Positions 42,983-51,361 of a stretch of DNA of 52,969 nucleotides are shown one piece after another; the first letter of the stretch is position 1, and each line of letters starts with the position of its first letter. The position numbers and the translations under genes were made by a program. A model generated the notes under the pieces. The model was given only the letters and a program-made list of their open reading frames with translations, was not told the origin of the DNA and searched no databases. The stretch is from Candidatus Omnitrophota bacterium (lineage in GTDB: Bacteria > Omnitrophota > Gorgyraeia > Gorgyraeales > Gorgyraeaceae), in assembly GCA_026387235.1 (NCBI GenBank), contig JAPLMD010000044.1, forward strand, positions 1 to 52,969, read 5' to 3'.

Positions 42983-45646
42983 ATGCGTATAAGTAAGAAG
43001 ATAGGCTTGAGTTTTTTTATAACGTTCCTTCTGGTAATATTCTTAGGCGCACTTTCCATCTACAGCCTCAGACATGTATATAAGGGGCTGGACCAGGTTT
43101 TTTCAAAAGAATTGCCAGCCTCCAGGATAACATATCAGATAGCCATCTCAATGGAAGCCAGCCTTTCGGAATTAAACAATTTTCTTATAACCACTAATGA
43201 GAATTTTAAGATAAGCTATGAACGTTCATATAAAGAGATGCAGGATAATATCTCAAGGCTTAAAAACTTTATTATCATGGAAGATGAAAAGGCGCTTTTT
43301 GAAAAGATAAAGGAATTGGCTGGAGGCATAAATAATATTTCAGGGTTAGTTTTTAAAGACACCTTAAAGGCAAAGGGCTTGATTAAGAATGTCGCAAGGC
43401 TTGAAATAAAATATAGAAACAATCTTTACAATCTTTTTGATTTTGAAGAAAATAAAATGCTTTCGGAAAAAGACCTTTTACTTGTTAGCGCCCAACATGT
43501 ACCTGCGTCCCAGCTTATCATAGACGCGAAATCAAAGATTGCAGGCGCTCTCGATAGCCTTATGCTATACGCGCTTACAAGTAAAGGAGGAGAGCCCGTA
43601 TCTTTTATGGAAGAACTTTCAGCCCTTGATAAGTATATAAGCGACTATAAAAACTATTATGGATATTCGCTTTCTGATATAGAGCGCTCAATAGCGTCTG
43701 AGCTCTTGGGCCTGTCAGGCGATATAAGGTCTCAGGCAGGGGCTATTGTTAAACTTAAGAGCGATACAAAGGTTCAGCTGGAAGAGCTTTTAGCAAAAGA
43801 AAAAGAGCTAATGGATATCCTGGATAAAACAATCAGTTTGAGAAAAGCCAGGATCTCTTCCCAACTCGGAATAGGCAACGCCCTAACAGAGGATATACCA
43901 GCTGTCCACAATATTTCCAAGATAGAAAGAGATGTTGCGCAGTCCTGGAGATTGAGCGGAAAATACATGCTTACAGGAGATGACGCGTATAAAAATTCAT
44001 ATTATGCCATGAGGCAGGCTATTGAAAGGGAACTCAAGGATTATGAGGCGCACGCCAGGCTTAGATCCAGGGATAAATTTTTAGAGGAAATTGTAGAGGC
44101 CGATAAAGGAATCGCGGATAATATCAATTCAGGTATAGATGTGTTTAAAGGCAGGGAAAAAGGCTATGAAGATATAGCTGCGATAAAATCGGATCTGCAA
44201 AAAAATATAGCAGAATTGTCCGAAAGAAATAATGCGCTGATAAAACAGGCGAAAGATTCTGAAAAAGTTTTTAGCAAGTTGATTTCCGCAAAATGGGCTT
44301 TGGCCAGGCTTGACTCAGAGGTATATGACGCGGAAAGACTGGCTGTCAACTATCTTTGCGATCAGGAAAAGATCTACAAGGATCTTTATTCGGAATTATA
44401 TTTTAATATGAAAAAGAATATAAATGCTTATAGGAATTTGGGAGAGTTCGATAGAGATGCAGAATTAGCAGGCAAGATAGAATCCAGCTTGGATAAATTT
44501 AATACGGCAATACTTAATATCATGGACAGTCATGACAGGATAATAAGAGAAAGAGGATGGAGCCTTGTAAAACTGGAAGATGAGTTAAAGGCGGATTTAC
44601 AGAAAGAAGCCGATAATGAATTAAAACAGATAGAGAAGAACAAAATAGATATAAGAAACAGAATAACCGCTATAAATGGCGTTATATTTTTTATAATATT
44701 AGTTGTTGCTTTTATAGCTGGGTTTGTAGTTTTTTACACTACCAAGGCTATAACAAAACCCATACAAGAACTGTACGCAGGGGCTGAATTGATAGGGCGC
44801 GGAAACCTTGACCACAGGTTTAGCATAAAAACAGGCGATGAAATAGAAGAGCTGGCGGACGGGTTTAACAAGATGGCGGGAGAGTTGAAAGGCCTTTATA
44901 CAAACCTGGAGAATAAAGTCAAAGAAAGGACTGCTCAATTGGCTGAGGCAAATGAAGCGCTTGCCGGCAAAAATAAAGAATTGGACGATTTTACCTATAT
45001 AGTATCTCATGATTTAAAAGAGCCCTTGAGAGGCGTGAAGGCATTTGCTAAACTTCTTGTAGAAGATTATTCAGGCAAGCTGGATGATGAAGGCAAACAA
45101 TACCTGAAAACAATATCTGATTCCAGCACCAGGATGGCGCGGCTCATAGAAGATCTTTTGAATCTATCCCGCATAGGAAGGATCAAAAACATAGAACCGG
45201 GCGTTGATCTAAATGAGCTGCTTTTAGATGTTAAAAAGAATCTGGCGTATGCGCTTGAAGAAAGAAAGGTAGAGCTTGCAATTAAACCTGATTTTCCAAA
45301 GGTTTCATGCGATAAGATAAGGATATCAGAGGTATTTTCAAATCTTATTTCAAATTCAGTAAAATATACTAAAAAAGACGCGAGACCTGTTATTGAAATC
45401 GGATGGTCTGATAAAAAAGATTCCTATGAATTTTACATAAAGGATAACGGCATAGGCATAGAGAAGCAGTATTACGATAGGATATTCCAGATATTTCAGA
45501 GACTGCATGCAAAGGGCGAATACGAGGGGACTGGCGCAGGCCTTACTATTGTAAAAAAGATAGTTGAAAACCATGGCGGGAAGATCTGGGTGGAATCAGA
45601 GGTCGACGTGGGCAGCACGTTTTATTTTACGCTGCCAAAGGCATAA
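42983..45646 (+). CDS. sensor histidine kinase (large helical extracytoplasmic sensor, HAMP, HisKA, HATPase_c)
   Basis: Two TM helices bracket about 560 aa of helical sensor. The HAMP is ITKPIQELYAGAELIGRGNLDHRF and the H-box is FTYIVSHDLKEPLRGV. N/G boxes are NLISNSVKYT, DNGIGI and GTGAGL. Confidence 0.9.
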   Translation: MRISKKIGLSFFITFLLVIFLGALSIYSLRHVYKGLDQVFSKELPASRITYQIAISMEASLSELNNFLITTNENFKISYERSYKEMQDNISRLKNFIIMEDEKALFEKIKELAGGINNISGLVFKDTLKAKGLIKNVARLEIKYRNNLYNLFDFEENKMLSEKDLLLVSAQHVPASQLIIDAKSKIAGALDSLMLYALTSKGGEPVSFMEELSALDKYISDYKNYYGYSLSDIERSIASELLGLSGDIRSQAGAIVKLKSDTKVQLEELLAKEKELMDILDKTISLRKARISSQLGIGNALTEDIPAVHNISKIERDVAQSWRLSGKYMLTGDDAYKNSYYAMRQAIERELKDYEAHARLRSRDKFLEEIVEADKGIADNINSGIDVFKGREKGYEDIAAIKSDLQKNIAELSERNNALIKQAKDSEKVFSKLISAKWALARLDSEVYDAERLAVNYLCDQEKIYKDLYSELYFNMKKNINAYRNLGEFDRDAELAGKIESSLDKFNTAILNIMDSHDRIIRERGWSLVKLEDELKADLQKEADNELKQIEKNKIDIRNRITAINGVIFFIILVVAFIAGFVVFYTTKAITKPIQELYAGAELIGRGNLDHRFSIKTGDEIEELADGFNKMAGELKGLYTNLENKVKERTAQLAEANEALAGKNKELDDFTYIVSHDLKEPLRGVKAFAKLLVEDYSGKLDDEGKQYLKTISDSSTRMARLIEDLLNLSRIGRIKNIEPGVDLNELLLDVKKNLAYALEERKVELAIKPDFPKVSCDKIRISEVFSNLISNSVKYTKKDARPVIEIGWSDKKDSYEFYIKDNGIGIEKQYYDRIFQIFQRLHAKGEYEGTGAGLTIVKKIVENHGGKIWVESEVDVGSTFYFTLPKA

Positions 45647-45649
45647 AAT

Positions 45650-46795
45650 ATGTCAAAAGAAAAATTAAGAGTTCTAATGGTTGAAGATAATCCTACGGAT
45701 GCGCTTATTGCGAAGAAGAGACTCCAGAGAGACGATGCCTTTGAATATGAAGTTGTTCATCTTGTATCAGGAGAAGACGCGCTTTTAAAGCTAGAGAATT
45801 GGTCTTACGATATAATGCTTTTAGATTATAACCTTCCCAAAAAAAGCGGGCTGGAGACGTTAAAAGAGATTAAAGCGCGAAATATAGAAATACCCATCGT
45901 TATGATTACGGGCCAGGGCGATGAGCAGGTGGTGGCCACTCTTATAAAGGAAGGGGCGTTCGATTATCTGCAGAAGAGAGAAGGGTATGAAGACTCAATA
46001 CCCTTAATGATACGGAAAACAATAGCGGAATTCAGGGCAAAATCAGAGCGGGAGAAATTGCAGAAAGAAATTGCGCTGAGAAAAGAAGAGCTTGAGAAGA
46101 TAAACGCGCAGCTCAAGGAGCTGGACAGGATGAAATCGGATTTTGTGGCGAATGTGGCGCATGAATTAAAAACGCCGCTTACCATAATAAAAGGCAATCT
46201 GGATAATATTGGTCAAGGTTTTGCGGGGGAGGTTCAGCCTAAGCAGAAAGAGATATTGGGAGACGTTTTTAATGTAATAAACAGGCTTTCCAGGCTGATC
46301 AATGATTTGCTGGATCTTTCTAAAATAGAATCAGGTAAAATGGAACTTAATAAGGAAAGCCTGGACATAGTCGCATTAGCCGGCGAAATCGTAAAGACAT
46401 TCGAAACATTAGCCGGCGCTAAAAATGTAGGCCTTGTAAAAGAATTCCCTGGTAACGCGTTGAATGTGAATGCCGACAAAGACAAATTGACGCAGGTTTT
46501 CATAAATCTCATGGGCAATGCCATTAAATTCACAGATAAGGGCAGCGTGACTGTAAGGATAATAGATATGCAGGGAGAGGTAGAGGTTGAGATACAGGAT
46601 ACCGGCCCCGGCATCCCTCAGGACCAGGCAGATAAGATTTTTGATAAGTTTGTAAGGGTGATTGCTGAAAAAAAAGAAGGCACAGGATTAGGCTTACCTA
46701 TAGCAAGGGATATAATAGTTCTTCATAAAGGCCGCATAAGAATAGAGAGCGAAGCAGGAAAAGGCTCTAAATTCATTTTTATCTTACCCAAGTAA
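45650..46795 (+). CDS. hybrid response-regulator receiver / histidine kinase
   Basis: The N-terminal REC domain (VLMVEDNPTD...DIMLLDYNLPKKSG...MITGQGD) is followed by a coiled coil, the H-box VAHELKTPLT and an HATPase (NLMGNAIKFT, DTGPGI, GTGLGL). Confidence 0.9.
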   Translation: MSKEKLRVLMVEDNPTDALIAKKRLQRDDAFEYEVVHLVSGEDALLKLENWSYDIMLLDYNLPKKSGLETLKEIKARNIEIPIVMITGQGDEQVVATLIKEGAFDYLQKREGYEDSIPLMIRKTIAEFRAKSEREKLQKEIALRKEELEKINAQLKELDRMKSDFVANVAHELKTPLTIIKGNLDNIGQGFAGEVQPKQKEILGDVFNVINRLSRLINDLLDLSKIESGKMELNKESLDIVALAGEIVKTFETLAGAKNVGLVKEFPGNALNVNADKDKLTQVFINLMGNAIKFTDKGSVTVRIIDMQGEVEVEIQDTGPGIPQDQADKIFDKFVRVIAEKKEGTGLGLPIARDIIVLHKGRIRIESEAGKGSKFIFILPK

Positions 46796-46862
46796 GCGGT
46801 TTTCTACGGTTTGTTTTCGTGCGTTTTGTAGGGTATACTTTATAGTGAGAAGGGGTGTAGGT

Positions 46863-47237
46863 ATGGGGGTTAAAAATAGCTTAATCTCAGTGTCTATTGC
46901 GATTATTCTGTTATGTTCTGTTTCAGGATATTCCTTTGCGTCTTCAGCAGAAATAAAAAGTGTAATGAAGATACAGAGAGCGAGCGGTTATATCCTGTTG
47001 ATAAATTATGAAACGCATGAAAAATGGACCGATAATATTATTTTTAAGGTTTATTGCAAATTCAGCGAAGGAGAATTCACATTCGCAAGCGCTTCCCTTA
47101 ACAATATTAAGCAAGGCTGGCATAAGACAGAGGTTGAAATCCCGGATATCATGAAAAAAAGATATGGTTCTCTGAGAGAATACAGGATAGAGCTGTACTG
47201 CAAAGGGATATTGATAAACATGAAAAGCGGTTATTAA
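46863..47237 (+). CDS. small secreted protein of unknown function (paralog 1)
   Basis: Start at the ATG at 46863 after GAAGGGGTGTAGG, with a signal peptide ending ..SFA|SS. It shares KWTD, F[KT][VL][YF]C.FS.G, GWH.TE and Y[RD].[IV]E[LM]Y.KGIL with 47313..47681. Confidence 0.6.
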   Translation: MGVKNSLISVSIAIILLCSVSGYSFASSAEIKSVMKIQRASGYILLINYETHEKWTDNIIFKVYCKFSEGEFTFASASLNNIKQGWHKTEVEIPDIMKKRYGSLREYRIELYCKGILINMKSGY

Positions 47238-47270
47238 TATCCTTCCTCCTATCAGCAAGTTCAAAAAATC

Positions 47271-47299
47271 TTGACTAATATCAAAAGTCGCATTATAAT
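47271..47299 (+). promoter_or_regulatory. near-consensus sigma70 promoter for paralog 2
   Basis: TTGACT (47271-76), 17-nt spacer, TATAAT (47294-99). The ATG is at 47313. Confidence 0.6.
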
Positions 47300-47312
47300 T
47301 TTAAAATAGAAG

Positions 47313-47681
47313 ATGCGCAGTGTAAAGCATGCCCTAATACTGGTATTGATATTGTTTTTTCTGGGCGTAGATTTTTGCCTGGCGTCCAGCTCTTTTATAG
47401 AAAATATATCAAAGGTTCGTAAATCAAACGGTTATACTTTTAAGGTTAATTACCGCACGCAGCAGAAATGGACAGACGGCCTGGTATTTAAGCTTTTCTG
47501 CACGTTCAGCAAAGGAACAGAACTTTCCTTCACCAGCGCAGGATATAATAATCTCAGAAACGGCTGGCACGAGACGGAAATAAATATTCCCAATGTCTAC
47601 AGAGAAAGATATGGTTATATAGATGATTATCGGGTGGAAATGTATTCTAAAGGCATCCTTGTTTCGATAAAAAGCATGTAG
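47313..47681 (+). CDS. small secreted protein of unknown function (paralog 2)
   Basis: Signal peptide ..CLA|SSS. It aligns with 46863..47237 along its whole mature length. Confidence 0.6.
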   Translation: MRSVKHALILVLILFFLGVDFCLASSSFIENISKVRKSNGYTFKVNYRTQQKWTDGLVFKLFCTFSKGTELSFTSAGYNNLRNGWHETEINIPNVYRERYGYIDDYRVEMYSKGILVSIKSM

Positions 47682-47693
47682 GAGGAATGTATT

Positions 47694-47768
47694 ATGGGAA
47701 TGACAAGAAAAAATAGAAGGGCAGATCAAAAGAGAAAAAGAAAAGGCAAGAGGCATGCAAGGAAGTAA
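47694..47768 (+). CDS. 24-codon highly basic small ORF (MGMTRKNRRADQKRKRKGKRHARK)
   Basis: Absent from the ORF track because it is under 60 aa. A perfect AGGAGG (47680-85) lies 8 nt upstream of the ATG. Its 3' end overlaps the pfk start by 14 nt. 15 of the 24 residues are basic: 14 are K or R, plus one H. Confidence 0.45.
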   Translation: MGMTRKNRRADQKRKRKGKRHARK

Positions 47769-48843
47769 AAAAAAGAGAATAGGCATCCTTACCGGCGGCG
47801 GAGACTGTCCCGGTTTGAATGCCACTATCAGGGCAATCGCAAAAACAGCCATCCTTAATTACGACATGGAAGTTATAGGTATAAAGGATGGCTTTTTAGG
47901 TTTAATAGAGAACAGGTTTCTGAACGTTTCTTACGGAGATGTTTCAGGGATTCTCACTTTAGGCGGCACTTTTCTAGGCGCTTCGAACAAAGCAAATCCT
48001 TACAGGCACCCTGATTTTAAAGGCAGGTTTAAAGATGTTTCCGGAACGGCCGTAGAGAATTATTGCGCTATGGAGCTGGCGGGATTAGTCTGCATAGGAG
48101 GAGACGGCACGCTTAATATAGCTTATAAATTGTCCAAGAGAGGCGTTAAACTGGTAGGAGTTCCTAAGACCATAGACTGTGACCTTAGGCAGACAGACGC
48201 GACAATTGGTTTTGATTCTGCCCTTGTTACGGCTACCCAGGCAATAGATAAACTTCATACCACTGCGCAGTCTCATCACAGGGTTATGGTTATAGAGGTC
48301 ATGGGCAGGTATGCCGGCTGGCTAGCCTTATATTCAGGACTGGCAGGAGGCGGGGATATTATATTATTGCCGGAGATACCCTATGATATTAAGAAGGTGT
48401 GCGAAGTTGTTTTGAAGAGAAACCAGAGGGGCAAGAGATTCAGCATTGTGGTTGTAAGCGAAGGCGCTAGGCCGAAAGCCGGCAAGATGGTTGTAAAAAA
48501 GATAGTCAAAGATTCAACGGATCCTGTCCGGCTGGGAGGCATAGGCGATAAGATAGCCGACGGTATTGAAAAAATAACAAGGTTGGAAACAAGGGTCACG
48601 GTTCTGGGGCATCTTCAGAGGGGAGGAGAGCCAACGCCATTTGACAGGATTCTCGCTACTCGCTTTGGAGTGGCTGGCTGCGAGATGGTAGCTAAAGGTG
48701 ATTTTGGAAAAGTAGTCACGTTAAAAGCAGGGAATATCAGGGCAGTGGATTTAGCTAAAGTAGTCGGTGACATAAGAAGAGTGAGATTAAAAGACCCTGT
48801 TATAAAGGCAGCAATGGCAGTAGGAACTTCTTTTGGCGTTTAG
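47755..48843 (+). CDS. pfk: 6-phosphofructokinase (phosphoryl donor uncertain: ATP or PPi)
   Basis: Motifs: RIGILTGGGDCPGLNATIRA, IGGDGT, VGVPKTIDCD, MGRYAGWLAL and GHLQRGG. Confidence 0.9.
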   Translation: MQGSKKKRIGILTGGGDCPGLNATIRAIAKTAILNYDMEVIGIKDGFLGLIENRFLNVSYGDVSGILTLGGTFLGASNKANPYRHPDFKGRFKDVSGTAVENYCAMELAGLVCIGGDGTLNIAYKLSKRGVKLVGVPKTIDCDLRQTDATIGFDSALVTATQAIDKLHTTAQSHHRVMVIEVMGRYAGWLALYSGLAGGGDIILLPEIPYDIKKVCEVVLKRNQRGKRFSIVVVSEGARPKAGKMVVKKIVKDSTDPVRLGGIGDKIADGIEKITRLETRVTVLGHLQRGGEPTPFDRILATRFGVAGCEMVAKGDFGKVVTLKAGNIRAVDLAKVVGDIRRVRLKDPVIKAAMAVGTSFGV

Positions 48844-48844
48844 C

Positions 48845-48873
48845 TTGACACAAGCTGGTTTGTATGATATAAA
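48845..48873 (+). promoter_or_regulatory. sigma70-like promoter downstream of pfk
   Basis: TTGACA (48845-50), 17-nt spacer, TATAAA (48868-73) with an extended -10 TG (tgaTATAAA). The predicted transcription start is near the ATG at 48879. Confidence 0.55.
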
Positions 48874-48944
48874 TAATAATGGCAACTGAATCGAGCGGTC
48901 TTTCGGCAGCTCGGCTACCTTGTCGGAGAGGTTGTTGCCTTTTG

Positions 48945-48980
48945 GCCCTGTGCTTTAAACGGCGCAGGGCTATTTTATTT
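48945..48980 (+). terminator. terminator/attenuator-like hairpin just upstream of the ATG at 48981
   Basis: GCCCTG (48945-50) / CAGGGC (48965-70) form a stem with a 14-nt loop, followed by tattttattt. Confidence 0.3.
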
Positions 48981-49331
48981 ATGAACAAAAAACTATACGG
49001 CGGAATATTAGGCACAATAGGATTCTTATTATCTCCTCTTTCCTGGTGGAATGACCTGTTTATAAATTTCCCTATAGCCTATGCTTTTGCCTGCGCGGCA
49101 AATTTTATTTACAAAGGGTCATTTTTAAACGCGCTTATTATTTTCTACTGGCTGACAAATATCCTGGGATTTGTGTTATTGCAAAAAGGCCTGGAAAAGA
49201 TGGAGAAGGATACTGAAGAAAAAAAGAAGTATTCCGGAAAAGATTTTTTGAGAGATATATTATTTTCCGTTGCTTATACTTTATTAATAGTAATATTGGT
49301 AAAGTTAGGTATAATCAAACCTATAATATAA
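48981..49331 (+). CDS. small polytopic membrane protein of unknown function (alternative leaderless start at 48879)
   Basis: MNKKLYGGILGTIGFLLSPLSWWNDLFINFPIAYAFACAANF... has 3-4 hydrophobic helices. The 34 codons upstream (MATESSGLSAARLPCRRGCC...) are GC-richer, structured and repeat-like. Confidence 0.6.
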   Translation: MNKKLYGGILGTIGFLLSPLSWWNDLFINFPIAYAFACAANFIYKGSFLNALIIFYWLTNILGFVLLQKGLEKMEKDTEEKKKYSGKDFLRDILFSVAYTLLIVILVKLGIIKPII

Positions 49332-49429
49332 TTGTCAACCCCCAGGCTGGGGCCGTTCGGCGCAGAGAAAGAACCGGTTATGCCGAAACCTCTCAAATGC
49401 GCCTCAGGCCTCAGCCTGGGGGTTGACAA
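49332..49429 (+). repeat. rod-like structured intergenic repeat, short form, copy B
   Basis: TTGTCAACCCCCAGGCTGGGGCC...GGCCTCAGCCTGGGGGTTGACAA is a 23-nt inverted terminus with one mismatch. It matches both ends of copies A and C but lacks their ~85-90-nt central module. Confidence 0.85.
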
Positions 49430-49454
49430 ACATAATTAGAAAATTAAACCAAAT

Positions 49455-51353
49455 ATGATTGATCTAAAAAAGCATCTTAACGCATCTCAATTTTTAGCTG
49501 CTACGACAATAGACGGGCCTGTGCTTGTTATTGCCGGCGCAGGTTCAGGCAAGACAAGGGTTATAGAATACAGGGTATTAAATCTCGTTCAAAACGGGGC
49601 GGAACCAGCTTCCATATTACTGCTGACTTTTACCCGAAATGCCTCCAGGGTCATGCTTTCCAGGGCCAGCGCTCATGATCCCAGATGCGCGATGGTGGAA
49701 GGCGGCACGTTTCATTCATTTGCGTATAAGGTATTGAAACATTACGGAAAGGCCCTGGGTTTTGACAGCGCGTTTTCCATTCTAGACGAATCCGACGCCG
49801 TAGACGCGGTGGGCAAGTGTTCAAGCGATATCAATATTTCTGAGCGGGCCAGGAAATTTCTTAAAAAAGGCACTATAAGAAACATAATAAGCATATCTAT
49901 AAACAAACACGGTTCCATAGAGGAAATTATTGAAAAAGAATATCCGCATCTGGCAGAATACAGCGAGTATATAAAAAATGTAAAATTAAAATATGTTAAA
50001 TATAAGATGGAAAAAAATTATATGGATTACGATGACATGCTGGTTTATCTTAAGAAACTGCTTGAGGATGAAGGCATCAGGAAGCAGGTCGCGTCAAAAT
50101 ATAAATATATAATGGTGGATGAGTATCAAGATACTAACAAGCTTCAAGGAGATATCAGCTATTTATTGGCCAAGGACCATAAAAATATCATGATTGTCGG
50201 AGACGATGCCCAGAGCATATACGGTTTCAGGGGGGCGACTCATAAAAATATAATGGATTTTCCTGTAATGTTTCCAGGATGCTCGGTAATCAAACTGGAA
50301 GAGAATTACAGAAGCACTCAGCCTATTCTGGACGCGGCAAATTCCGTGCTTTCCGAAATGAGCAGCAAGTATGCCAAGCAGCTTATATCCAACCTGAAAC
50401 ATAAAGGCGCCAGGCCTCAGATGTGGTTTTTTAATGATGCCTACGAAGAGGCCGCGTGGATTGTAAAAAAGATGGACGAATTAAAGGATGGAGGCATTCC
50501 TTTTGAGAAGCAATGCGTGTTATTCCGCTCAAGTTATATATCAATAGCGCTGCAGGCGGAATTAAACAAGAGAGGGATATCTTATCATCTGATGGGCGGA
50601 ATGAAATTTTACGAAAGCGCTCACGTGAAAGATGTCGTGGCGCATTTGAAAATAATAGTGAATCCTAAAGATGAGCTGTCCTGGCACAGGGCATTGGAGC
50701 TGATAGAAAGCATAGGGCCTAAAACAAGCGGGAAGATTTTAAAAGATATCAACACCGGGTCTATCGCGAAACATGAAAAGGGGTTTAAATATTCTAACGG
50801 CATCCAGAGGTTTAAATTATTGATAGAAAGCCTTTCAGATAAAAAGGCAGGGGTGGGAGATAAATTTGAGGCAGCTTTTGATTATTATAGCCCGATCCTG
50901 AAATCTAAATTTGACGATTGGAATGCGAGGGTAAACGACCTAGAGACATTAAAAAAGATTTCATACCGGTATGATTCTCTTGAAGACCTATTGAGCGATT
51001 TTGCGATAGAGCTTCCTGATTCTCATGGGAAGCAGTATCAACCGGAACATAAAAAACAGCCGACGCTTTCTACCATTCATTCCGCAAAGGGCATGGAGTG
51101 GGATGCGGTTTTCCTGATAGGGCTTATCGACGGCGTTTTCCCGGTGAGTTTTTCTTTGAGCGACGAAGACGGGATAGAGGAGGAGCGCAGGTTGTTTTAC
51201 GTAGGGCTCACAAGGGCAAAAGATCATTTATTTATTACGTTTCATCATGAGAATAATCGCGGCTCTATGAACCGGTTTAATAAGATCTCAAGATTTATTG
51301 ATAATTCTAGTATTATGTCGAGGTTGGAACAGAAGTTATTGATGGATATATAA
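49455..51353 (+). CDS. UvrD/PcrA/Rep-family superfamily 1 DNA helicase
   Basis: Motifs: VIAGAGSGKTRVI (Walker A), MVDEYQDTN, GDDAQSIYGFRGA, EENYRST, TIHSAKGMEWDAVFL and LFYVGLTRAKDHL. Confidence 0.9.
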   Translation: MIDLKKHLNASQFLAATTIDGPVLVIAGAGSGKTRVIEYRVLNLVQNGAEPASILLLTFTRNASRVMLSRASAHDPRCAMVEGGTFHSFAYKVLKHYGKALGFDSAFSILDESDAVDAVGKCSSDINISERARKFLKKGTIRNIISISINKHGSIEEIIEKEYPHLAEYSEYIKNVKLKYVKYKMEKNYMDYDDMLVYLKKLLEDEGIRKQVASKYKYIMVDEYQDTNKLQGDISYLLAKDHKNIMIVGDDAQSIYGFRGATHKNIMDFPVMFPGCSVIKLEENYRSTQPILDAANSVLSEMSSKYAKQLISNLKHKGARPQMWFFNDAYEEAAWIVKKMDELKDGGIPFEKQCVLFRSSYISIALQAELNKRGISYHLMGGMKFYESAHVKDVVAHLKIIVNPKDELSWHRALELIESIGPKTSGKILKDINTGSIAKHEKGFKYSNGIQRFKLLIESLSDKKAGVGDKFEAAFDYYSPILKSKFDDWNARVNDLETLKKISYRYDSLEDLLSDFAIELPDSHGKQYQPEHKKQPTLSTIHSAKGMEWDAVFLIGLIDGVFPVSFSLSDEDGIEEERRLFYVGLTRAKDHLFITFHHENNRGSMNRFNKISRFIDNSSIMSRLEQKLLMDI

Positions 51354-51361
51354 AACAAGAT

